Both the position numbers and the translations under genes were made by a program. Source: an uncultured virus (IMG/VR IMGVR_UViG_3300047409_000475) (taxonomy: Duplodnaviria; Heunggongvirae; Uroviricota; Caudoviricetes). From it: 22,681 nucleotides of DNA. Positions 14,533 to 22,372 of the stretch are shown piece by piece (the first letter of the stretch is position 1; each line of letters starts with the position of its first letter). The stretch lies in the IMG/VR virus record IMGVR_UViG_3300047409_000475; one strand, given 5' to 3'. The notes under the pieces were generated by a model, which saw only the letters and a program-made list of their open reading frames with translations, did not search any database and had not been told where the DNA came from.

Positions 14533-17022
14533 TCAAGCTATCTGAACAAACCCGCCATCACCCGTGCTTTCGAAATGACCTACCTTGCTGAGATTGCACC
14601 AGTCGTAGCCGGTCGATACTTCGACGGCAAGCGGGACATTCAGCCACAGGTGCTCCATCCGCAGCATCTCGTGCAGGATGATCTCGACGCACTCGTCGAA
14701 GCGCTCCTCGCGGATGAAAAAACCGAGATCGTCGTGCACCAGCATCACCGGCTGCAAGTCCTCGTCTTCATACTGCGACAGCCTGACCATCGCCTCGCAC
14801 ACGAGCAGCGCCTCGTCGGCTTGGATCGGTGAGTTGACGATCTGGTTCTCGGTGATCGGGGCCCTGCGCCTGAACTTGCTCAAGCCGGTGACGAAATGGT
14901 GCTTTGCATAGAATTGGTGCAGCCTGTCCTGCCATAGCTTCACGTCGGGAAATTCACTCCAGAACTCCTCGTAGAGTTTGTAGCCGTGCTCGATATCGAC
15001 GCCGAGATATCCGGCGATTGATGCGGGCTGCGAGCCGAAGAACAGCGGGAACACCAACCGGTTCTTGGCGACGCTGCGCAGTTCCTTCGCGTCGCGCTTC
15101 TTGGCCCAGCTTGGGACGCGCCGCTGGATGCGCTCCGACCAATCGCCATGGATGTCGTAGTGGTCGAGGAAGGCCTGCACCAGCGCCGGGTCTTTGCTCT
15201 CCATCGCGACGTTGCGGGCTTGGATGCCAGAGTAATCGACGCACACCATGACGGTGCCCGGCCGCGCCACGATCTGCGAGCGCACCACCTTGGCGTCGGT
15301 GTCGCGCGTCGGGAAGTTCTGGATGTTCGGCTCATTCGAATTGGTGCGCCACGTCCGCGTCCCCGTGGTGCCGATCACCGGGTGCAGCATGCCGTCATAC
15401 ACCAACGGCTTCTTGGCTGTCGGCCCGAAGGGCGTCAGGTAGGTGCCGAGCACCTTGGCGATGCCGCGCCATTCGAGCACCAACTTGGCGGCGGTCGAGC
15501 CGATGCCGAGCAGCATCGGCTCATCGGTGGTGAACTTGTGCGTCGTGTCGATGCCGAGCAGCGTCGCCACCTGCTTCGGCGACGCGACGTTGAATTTCGT
15601 GCCGTCGGCTTCGAACTCCTGCACCGCAGGCAGCTTCGCCAGCTTGCGCTCGATGCGGTCAAGCTTGCCCCGATACTGCGCCGTGAGCTCGGCGTTGACG
15701 GCGCTGTCGAACGGCAGCCCACGGTGCTGCATGTGCACCAGCGCCGCCACCCTCGCCATGTGGTGGCGGTAGGCCGGGAGCAAGCCCTGCTTGCGGATCG
15801 ACGCCTCCTGCTTCTCCCAGAGCCGCAGGCAGTATTTGGCGTCCATCGCGTTGTAGGTCAGCACCTGATCGAGCGGCTCGTTGTCGAGGTTGGTCACGTC
15901 GAGCGCCGAGACGTTCTTCAACGGCAGCCCGTAGTTCACGAGGCACAGATGGTCGAGCGAGTGCGCCCGAGGGCGGCTGTCGAGCAGGAAGGCCTGCGCG
16001 AGGCTGTCGGCCCACAGCGCCGGGCGCACGGCGCGCTTGCCGAAAAAGTGCAGCGTCCACAGCATCTCAAACGATGCATTGTGCGCCACCTTGACGACCG
16101 GCGCTTCGAGGAAGCGCTGCAGCGCCCCTAGGATGGCGCTACGCTCGCTTTCCGACCATGTGGCCTCCCGGTGGTCGAGCGGGAAGGCAATCGCTTCCTG
16201 ACCGATGGCCAGCCCGGCGCTGAGCAGTCGAGCTCCGGGCGCGAATGGCGACAGGCCGGTCGTCTCGTAGTCGAACCCGACGCGCTCACACGCGTCGGTC
16301 GCCAACGTCAGCCAGTCGATCACCTGACCCGCCTTGTTGAGCGTCCTGACCCCGGCGAGCGCGTCGTCGGCACCTTCGATTGTCGGCGGCGGCAGCTTGT
16401 CCACGCGCGAGAAGGCCACCTCGATCTGGTGCCGCAGCGACGCCTTCAGCGCATCTTGGTCGCGCTCATAGGCGTGCAGGATCGAGGCGGGGTGCACGAA
16501 AGCGAAATACCAGCAGACATGCTTGCCGATCTGGATCGGCATCTTGCGACCAGCGAAGCGCGTGATGCCGGTCTGCCCGGTCAGCGCCAAGAGCGGGGTG
16601 TTGCCGAAGCCGAAGATCGCCTTCGGCTGCGCTGCTTCGATGTCGTCGATCAGGTAGCCACGGCAGTGCATCATGGCGAGCGGCGAGGGTGCCGTCTGCT
16701 TGCCGATCTTCGGTGGCCAAGATTGCACGACGTTGTTGAAGCGCACCGACGGCTTCCATGCGGGCGGTATCATCGAGCGCAGCATCTGCCCCGACTTGCC
16801 GACGAACGGCCTGCCCTCCGCAGCTTCGACCGCCCCCGGCGCTTCACCGAGCATGTAGACATCGCACGGCATGGCACCCGACGGGCCCGCCTTCGGCGAC
16901 ATCTCCAGCGGGCACCCGACGCAGCCCGCAGCCATCAGGGCGGCGGGATCGATCCCGTGGAAGGGATCGCGCGGCTTGCGCTGCGTCTTCGGCTTGGCCG
17001 CGTCGGGTGGCATGAAGCCCAT
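14533..17022 (-). CDS. polA: Family A DNA polymerase with N-terminal family-4 uracil-DNA-glycosylase-like domain and 3'-5' exonuclease
   Basis: UDG: CxxCPL, GEAPG..E...GRPFVG.SG, HPA. Exonuclease: FDYETTGL, HNASFE, YNAMDA. Polymerase: T.T.R..S..PNIQNFP, DYSGIQAR, R..AKN..VFP.FFG, NSPIQ, VHDD. Confidence 0.92.
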   Translation of the reverse strand: MGFMPPDAAKPKTQRKPRDPFHGIDPAALMAAGCVGCPLEMSPKAGPSGAMPCDVYMLGEAPGAVEAAEGRPFVGKSGQMLRSMIPPAWKPSVRFNNVVQSWPPKIGKQTAPSPLAMMHCRGYLIDDIEAAQPKAIFGFGNTPLLALTGQTGITRFAGRKMPIQIGKHVCWYFAFVHPASILHAYERDQDALKASLRHQIEVAFSRVDKLPPPTIEGADDALAGVRTLNKAGQVIDWLTLATDACERVGFDYETTGLSPFAPGARLLSAGLAIGQEAIAFPLDHREATWSESERSAILGALQRFLEAPVVKVAHNASFEMLWTLHFFGKRAVRPALWADSLAQAFLLDSRPRAHSLDHLCLVNYGLPLKNVSALDVTNLDNEPLDQVLTYNAMDAKYCLRLWEKQEASIRKQGLLPAYRHHMARVAALVHMQHRGLPFDSAVNAELTAQYRGKLDRIERKLAKLPAVQEFEADGTKFNVASPKQVATLLGIDTTHKFTTDEPMLLGIGSTAAKLVLEWRGIAKVLGTYLTPFGPTAKKPLVYDGMLHPVIGTTGTRTWRTNSNEPNIQNFPTRDTDAKVVRSQIVARPGTVMVCVDYSGIQARNVAMESKDPALVQAFLDHYDIHGDWSERIQRRVPSWAKKRDAKELRSVAKNRLVFPLFFGSQPASIAGYLGVDIEHGYKLYEEFWSEFPDVKLWQDRLHQFYAKHHFVTGLSKFRRRAPITENQIVNSPIQADEALLVCEAMVRLSQYEDEDLQPVMLVHDDLGFFIREERFDECVEIILHEMLRMEHLWLNVPLAVEVSTGYDWCNLSKVGHFESTGDGGFVQIA

Positions 17023-17025
17023 GGA

Positions 17026-17862
17026 CTACGGCGCGGGCATCTCTTGGCAGAAGCCCGCTTCCTGCAGCACCTTGATCGAGTGCTTGAAGTCCGAGCGGAT
17101 GGTGCTCACCGAAATCGGTGTCACGTCGATGTGCTTTTCCTTCAGCTTCTCCATCAACTCGGCGTTGGTGACATCCGGGTTGCGGATCATCATCCGCTTG
17201 ATGGTGGTGCTGGCACCGGGGGCCGCAGGCTTCGGTGGGCGTGTCACCTCGCCGTCGTCCTTCGCCTTGATCGACTTGACCGGTGCCTTCGAAGGCGTCT
17301 TCACGGCGGGCGGCGGCTTGCGCACCGGGGCCTTCGAAGGCGTCTTCACGGCGGGCTTCTGGCTCGGCTTCGGAGCGGCGGCCACGACGGGCTCTTCGAC
17401 CTCTACCGGCGGCTCGTCTTCCTCGAACGCAACCTCCTCTGCATCGACCGGTGCGTCTTCTACCTCAGCCTCTTCCGGCTCGGCCTCTGCGGCCTCCAGC
17501 GGCTCGTCTTCGGCCTCGACCGGGGCTTCCTCCTCGACCGGTGCCGGGGCCTCTTCCGCCTCGACCGGCGCTTCGTCTTCCTCGACCGGCGCAGCGGGCG
17601 CTACGTTCAGAGTGGCGCGTGCCGTGGTGGGCACGTGATCGGAAAACTCTTTGATGTCGTTGGGATTTGTGTGCGCCTGATAGAGTTTGACGCTGTCGTT
17701 ATACCAAGCCTGTGCTTCCCCCGAGAGAGCGTCCCATGACTGCGAGGTCATTTTCTGACCGTCCTTCAGCATGCGGACGAAATATTGTGGCCTGCTCTCC
17801 CCGGCTCCCTGCTTGACCTTTGTCGCCTTGATCAGTTCCATTTCCAATTTGCTCGTTGGCAT
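17026..17862 (-). CDS. Hypothetical protein with acidic Glu/Ala/Pro linker, Lys/Pro repeats and small C-terminal helical domain (278 aa)
   Basis: GGAGGT SD before ATG 17862; internal DNA repeat GCCTTCGAAGGCGTCTTCACGGCGGG twice (about 17285 and 17330). Confidence 0.8.
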   Translation of the reverse strand: MPTSKLEMELIKATKVKQGAGESRPQYFVRMLKDGQKMTSQSWDALSGEAQAWYNDSVKLYQAHTNPNDIKEFSDHVPTTARATLNVAPAAPVEEDEAPVEAEEAPAPVEEEAPVEAEDEPLEAAEAEPEEAEVEDAPVDAEEVAFEEDEPPVEVEEPVVAAAPKPSQKPAVKTPSKAPVRKPPPAVKTPSKAPVKSIKAKDDGEVTRPPKPAAPGASTTIKRMMIRNPDVTNAELMEKLKEKHIDVTPISVSTIRSDFKHSIKVLQEAGFCQEMPAP

Positions 17863-18016
17863 CGCTACCTCCAAAAGGATGGCGAAGCTAGGCGCATCGG
17901 ATCGATTGCGCAAGCCCCGAATTTATTCGATGACGAGGGTCGCGCGCAGGCGCGCGGACTTCAATGTCTAAGGCTACCACCATTCTTTTCAGAGACTGAA
18001 AAACTTGTAGGTGAAA

Positions 18017-18100
18017 AAGAAGCCCTGTGAGGGAGCGAGCGAAGCGAGCGAACGAACAGGGCTTCTTCTCCAACAGGCGAGCGAAGCGAGCCTGTTGGAG
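18017..18100 (+). other. Two abutting DNA hairpins with GCGAAGC caps; candidate replication origin/primase signal
   Basis: Inverted repeats 18017-18028/18056-18067 and 18068-18078/18090-18100, each topped by GAGC-GAA-GCGA; AT-rich tract follows. Confidence 0.55.
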
Positions 18101-18220
18101 TAGTTCTTTGAGAACAGGCGCGCGTAAGATGGTTGGTGTATGTTGTAATTGGTAATTTGATCTGATAGGGGGCATTGGATGTTGAAATTGGAAATTCCCC
18201 TGACAGAAGGAATGGGAGCC

Positions 18221-18526
18221 ATGGTTAAGAGGCTGAGGCTGTTCTCACACACAGTGACCAACAGGACGGGGCAGTATCACACCTCGTCGAAAACCTACTC
18301 TCGAAAGCTATGCCTCAAGACCATGCTGGCGATGGAGCCATCCCTCACCCGCATCTTCGTCAAGTGTGGCGGCAACGCTTTCGAACACGCATACCTCAGC
18401 AAGAAGGACCGCTTCAGGAAGCAGGTGTGGAGGTTCTACATCAACGAGAAGGTGGACGAGGTCACCCTCAACGCGGCAGAGCTCAACGCTCTCGGTGTTC
18501 ATCAAGATGTTGAAGAAATTCGGTAA
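18221..18526 (+). CDS. Hypothetical protein (about 101 aa)
   Basis: GGGAG before ATG 18221; start uncertain (18179 possible). Confidence 0.55.
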   Translation: MVKRLRLFSHTVTNRTGQYHTSSKTYSRKLCLKTMLAMEPSLTRIFVKCGGNAFEHAYLSKKDRFRKQVWRFYINEKVDEVTLNAAELNALGVHQDVEEIR

Positions 18527-18537
18527 CCACGTATATT
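18510..18537 (+). promoter_or_regulatory. Putative promoter TTGAAG-N16-TATATT
   Basis: Same geometry as the promoters at 7016 and 8681; about 40 bp upstream of the HTH gene. Confidence 0.45.
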
Positions 18538-18578
18538 ACTGGGGAACCAAAATCCCGCTCGCAGGAGTTCTGAGCCCC

Positions 18579-18812
18579 ATGAAGAGACTAAAGCTACGCC
18601 GCCCTCCCGACCGCTGGGAGCTCGCAGGCAACAGGCGCGAGCAGGTTGTCGAACTGCGCGAGCAGGGCTACAACCAGCCGGAAATCGCGGACATCCTTGG
18701 AATAACCCAAGCCCGCGTGAGCCAGATCATGGCTCCCTACGACAAGCAGCGGACAAATAAACGCCACATGCTACGTCTTCTTGACGCAGAGCCGGTGTGT
18801 GCATCGGCCTGA
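18579..18812 (+). CDS. Small helix-turn-helix DNA-binding protein
   Basis: RREQVVELREQGYNQPEIADILGITQARVSQI classic HTH; AGGAG upstream; start uncertain. Confidence 0.8.
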   Translation: MKRLKLRRPPDRWELAGNRREQVVELREQGYNQPEIADILGITQARVSQIMAPYDKQRTNKRHMLRLLDAEPVCASA

Positions 18813-18822
18813 AAGGTCCGAG

Positions 18823-19320
18823 ATGAGTGCAACAGCCGAGAGCATCATCACCTCGCTGGGCAGCCTGCCTCCCGGCGAGGTGGAGCATGTGCTCAAGCAC
18901 ATCACCGCCATGCGTTCGCTGGGCGCGTGGGGCGGCGAGAGCACCGATGACGACAGCAGCGAGGCACGGCGCGTCTTCCGCATCCTGTGCGAGGAGATGC
19001 AGCTTGCCGGGCTGATCGACATGCACAACGTCAGCTACCAGCGTATGCGCAACCGGCGCGGCTTCGCCGAGAAGGCCAAGCACGTCTGCGCCTTCCTCGA
19101 TGAGCAGCATCAGGACCGCCGCGTGCAGGACGGCATCCTGCGCATCGGCATGCAGTTGTTGATCCGCTGGATGCGTGAGTGGGCCGATACCAAGGGCGAC
19201 TTCTTGGTGACGCCCTACGTCCTTGCGCGCAACATACACAAGCTTCCGGCACGCCTCGACCGCGCGTTCCCCGGCTACGGTGCAGTCGGCATGTTGCACC
19301 TGCTGATACCGAATGCATGA
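18823..19320 (+). CDS. Hypothetical phage protein (165 aa, C-terminal LDRAFPGY..GML)
   Basis: AAGG upstream of ATG; strong codon bias. Confidence 0.75.
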   Translation: MSATAESIITSLGSLPPGEVEHVLKHITAMRSLGAWGGESTDDDSSEARRVFRILCEEMQLAGLIDMHNVSYQRMRNRRGFAEKAKHVCAFLDEQHQDRRVQDGILRIGMQLLIRWMREWADTKGDFLVTPYVLARNIHKLPARLDRAFPGYGAVGMLHLLIPNA

Positions 19321-19367
19321 GATTGCCTGCCGCCTTGGAGCGCACCTCCTTGTGCACGGCAGCAATG

Positions 19368-19421
19368 GCACCGGCCCCCTGTCTCCTTCCTGCTTCGTGG
19401 GGGCCGGTGTTCTTTTGTTTT
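19368..19421 (+). terminator. Probable intrinsic terminator (large loop)
   Basis: GCACCGGCCCCC...GGGGGCCGGTGT followed by TCTTTTGTTTT. Confidence 0.6.
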
Positions 19422-19436
19422 GAATGAGGGGGCCAT

Positions 19437-19859
19437 GTGGCGCGGTCACTATCCATCGATCTGTGCAAGCGCCTAGCGCGGCTGCTGCCGCTGTTGTCGT
19501 CCGACCAACCGGGTGAGGTGACGGCGACTGCCGCCGCCATCGGCCGAGCTCTGAAGGCAGCCGAGCGTGACTGGCACGACCTCGTTGCCGTGCTCACCAG
19601 CGTGCCCGCAGTGCAGCCGAAGCCTGCCCACCGGCCACAGCGCGACGCGCGCGGGCAAGCCATCGACAGCGAGTATGTGATCGAGCTCGTGCACAACATC
19701 CGGCAATCCGGCTGCTACCTGTCAGCCAAGGCCACCGGCTTCCTCGACAGCCTCGAAGACCGCGCCGACAGCTACGAGCTCATCACCTTTTCGGAAAAGC
19801 AATGGGAGTGGTTTGTCGCGCTGCTGCAGCAGGCCAGCGTCGATTTCGACATGGCCTAA
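19437..19859 (+). CDS. Hypothetical protein (LSSDxPGEV.A.A.AI.R.L...DWHDL family)
   Basis: GAGGGGG SD, GTG start; N-terminal motif common in alphaproteobacterial phages/prophages. Confidence 0.75.
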   Translation: MARSLSIDLCKRLARLLPLLSSDQPGEVTATAAAIGRALKAAERDWHDLVAVLTSVPAVQPKPAHRPQRDARGQAIDSEYVIELVHNIRQSGCYLSAKATGFLDSLEDRADSYELITFSEKQWEWFVALLQQASVDFDMA

Positions 19860-19950
19860 AATAAGTTGAGTAAGTGGGCTTGCCGCCCAGCCAATATAGC
19901 CACACCTAAGCAGGCAGCCGGACCTCAATGCGTCTGGCAAGGAGATGACC

Positions 19951-21648
19951 ATGCAAGTCAAGTTGAAAGAGTTGAAGCCCAATCAATTTCGCGACTTCGC
20001 CGTCGATCCCGTCGATGAAGCGCAAGTCGCCACCCTCACCAAGTCCATCAAGACCAACGATTTCTGGGGCGGCGTCGTCAGCCGCCAGACCGACGACGGC
20101 ATCGAAGTTGCCGCTGGCTGGCACCGTATCAAGGCCGCCATCGCCGCAGGCAAGGTGACGGCAGAAATCTACGTCGCGCCGAAGGGCAAGATGACCGATC
20201 ACGACGCGATCCGCATCTACGCCACCGAGAATGCCACGCACCGTGGCGACCATGGCGCGGCCGTCGCCGGATCGGTGGCGTCGGCCATCAAGTATATCGC
20301 ACGCGCCATCCTCACCGAAAATTGGTCGCTGATTGGTGGTGACTTCTCGGCGGCGCAGCAGGCCACCCTGAGCAAGAACCTGCTCGACAACGGTGTCGGT
20401 GAGAAGGTCATCTTGGGGTTCTTGGGCGACATCCCCGGCATCAACAACGGCACCATCCGCGACCAGATCATCAACCTCAAGTCATCCGGCATCTACGACC
20501 GGCTGATCGGTGAGGTGCAGGCTGAGCTCGCCGCCATCGAGGCGGCCGAGCGCAAGGCGGCTGCCGAGGCAGAGGCCGAGAAGCGGCGCGCGGCCGAAGC
20601 TGCGGTGCGCGCCGAGTTCGAGCGCACTGTGGCAGCCGAGAAGCGCGAGAAGGAACGCGAGGCGGCGCGTGCCGCCAAGGCGAAGCGTGACGCCGAGATC
20701 GCCGCCGAGAAAGAGGCGAAGCAGAAGCAGCGGCTGCGCGAGGAGGCGGCGCGCGAGGCTGATCGCGAGCGGCGCGCCGAGGCGAAGCGCAAGGCCGACG
20801 AGGAGCGCGCCAAGGAGCGCGCCAAGGCTGATGCCGAGCACCGCAAGCGGGCCGATGCCGAAGCCAAGGAGCGCGCCGAGCGCGCCGCCAAGGCGAAGGC
20901 CGAGAAGGAGGCGGCCGACAAGGCGAAGGCCGCTTCCAAGGAGGAGGAGCGCAAGCTGCGCGAAGACCGCAAGGCGTTCGACTTCGAGGGCGTCACCGCT
21001 GTGCTCAAGGACGCCAACTACGTCACCCTGTTCCGCGAACTGGTGACCGGCATCGGTGTCGCACCCTACGTCGGGCGCGACGAGCAGGCAGAGCTCGCCA
21101 AGCGGCTGGTCAAGGCGGCGAAGCAGGAGCCGGAAGACCGCTTCAAGCACCGCCGCGACGATCCCACCCGCTTCCCCGGCTTCATGCGGGAGTTCGTCCT
21201 GACGCTGGCCGTCGCCATGCAGAAGGAGAAGGCAGGCATCACACGCGCGCAGGAGAAGGAAGCGCAGCGCGCCGACAAGTATCGGCAGGCAGAGCAGAAG
21301 CTGGAGATGTTCTGGAGCGGCATTCGCTCAGCCCGGTCGCAGTTCTTCGGGCTGGTGCGGCTTGCCGAGGAAGCCAAGATGAACCCGGCACAGCACATCA
21401 CCTTCCGGCAGTGCATCGACGCGATGCTGGAGGTGATGGAGGAGTGCCGCAAGCAGGGGTTCAGTAATTGGGAGGGCGAGGATGATGTGGTGCGTGCAAC
21501 GCGCACCAGCGTCAACGGGCGTTACCACAAGATGGTCGCTCACCTCAGCAACTCCAACGAGGGTGAGCGGCACAATGCTGCTGACCTCTTGCACGAAGCA
21601 GCCCGCAAGAGGGGAACGACCGTGCCCAAGCTGCTGGGCATCGAGTGA
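19951..21648 (+). CDS. ParB/Srx-like N-terminal domain protein with long Ala/Glu/Lys/Arg helical region
   Basis: LKPNQFR...LTKSIK..DFW..VV.R....EVAAGWHRIKAA ParB-like motif; about 150-aa charged helix; GGAGATGACCATG start. Confidence 0.75.
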   Translation: MQVKLKELKPNQFRDFAVDPVDEAQVATLTKSIKTNDFWGGVVSRQTDDGIEVAAGWHRIKAAIAAGKVTAEIYVAPKGKMTDHDAIRIYATENATHRGDHGAAVAGSVASAIKYIARAILTENWSLIGGDFSAAQQATLSKNLLDNGVGEKVILGFLGDIPGINNGTIRDQIINLKSSGIYDRLIGEVQAELAAIEAAERKAAAEAEAEKRRAAEAAVRAEFERTVAAEKREKEREAARAAKAKRDAEIAAEKEAKQKQRLREEAAREADRERRAEAKRKADEERAKERAKADAEHRKRADAEAKERAERAAKAKAEKEAADKAKAASKEEERKLREDRKAFDFEGVTAVLKDANYVTLFRELVTGIGVAPYVGRDEQAELAKRLVKAAKQEPEDRFKHRRDDPTRFPGFMREFVLTLAVAMQKEKAGITRAQEKEAQRADKYRQAEQKLEMFWSGIRSARSQFFGLVRLAEEAKMNPAQHITFRQCIDAMLEVMEECRKQGFSNWEGEDDVVRATRTSVNGRYHKMVAHLSNSNEGERHNAADLLHEAARKRGTTVPKLLGIE

Positions 21649-21662
21649 GGAGAATGGACCAA

Positions 21663-22334
21663 ATGTCAAATTTGTTGTGGGGTAATGCCAACCCGCGTCG
21701 CGGGTTGGTCTATGCTAAATACGCCGAGCCGTTCCTTAAGGACTTCCCCATCGGCAGCTACGTCATCATGGACACGCAGTTCGATCCGTGGTGCTGGGCG
21801 CATGGCATGCTGCCAAGCATCAGCCCGCAGGCGCAGGCCAACCATTCGTGCGACGAATGGACCGCACACAATCAGCGGCGGCAGAAGGTGTTGAAGGGCT
21901 TCTTCAAGACCACGACGCACCCGCGCGTGTCAACGCCGTATGCTCTCGTCGCCAGCAAGCGTGAGCCGGGGGAATACATCGTGCGCGCCGCGTCGGAGGA
22001 AGCGATGCGTGGGCGGCTGGCGATCAAGTTCGACCGCTTGACTGTCACCTACCGCAAGCAGCTTGAGCATCTCCTGCAGGGGCCCGACTACGGCAAGCTG
22101 CCGGTGGAGGTGCGCTTCCTCTGTGAGGAGACTTACCGGGGCATCGGCAACTTCCGGCGGCGCGTCAGTCTGGACGCCACCATGCTGATCGAGAACTTGG
22201 AGGAGTTGCGGCTGCGGCTGGAGAAGCTGGACCATGACAACCAGCTTCTGCTGACCAGCGGCGAAGACGCCAACGGCAGTGACGACCTCGACGTCGAAGA
22301 CGACAACGGTGAAGACGAAGACAGCGACGAGTAA
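21663..22334 (+). CDS. Hypothetical protein with acidic C-terminal tail
   Basis: GAGGAG SD; followed by a terminator; start 21654 or 21663. Confidence 0.75.
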   Translation: MSNLLWGNANPRRGLVYAKYAEPFLKDFPIGSYVIMDTQFDPWCWAHGMLPSISPQAQANHSCDEWTAHNQRRQKVLKGFFKTTTHPRVSTPYALVASKREPGEYIVRAASEEAMRGRLAIKFDRLTVTYRKQLEHLLQGPDYGKLPVEVRFLCEETYRGIGNFRRRVSLDATMLIENLEELRLRLEKLDHDNQLLLTSGEDANGSDDLDVEDDNGEDEDSDE

Positions 22335-22338
22335 AACG

Positions 22339-22371
22339 AAAACCCCCGCCGGTCATCCGGCGGGGGTTCTT
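22339..22371. terminator. Bidirectional terminator hairpin
   Basis: AACCCCCGCCGG-TCAT-CCGGCGGGGGTT between convergent stops. Confidence 0.85.
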
Positions 22372-22372
22372 G

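Noticed and set aside
15148..17739. Plus-strand ORFs of 327 and 522 aa opposite polA
   Set aside because: Antisense shadows of well-supported genes; no recognisable motifs.
19860..19910. Partial similarity (ATAAGTTG, GCCAATATAG) to the early promoter box upstream of the ParB-like gene
   Set aside because: Only 8 bp match and no -35/-10 pair with the geometry of the other promoters.
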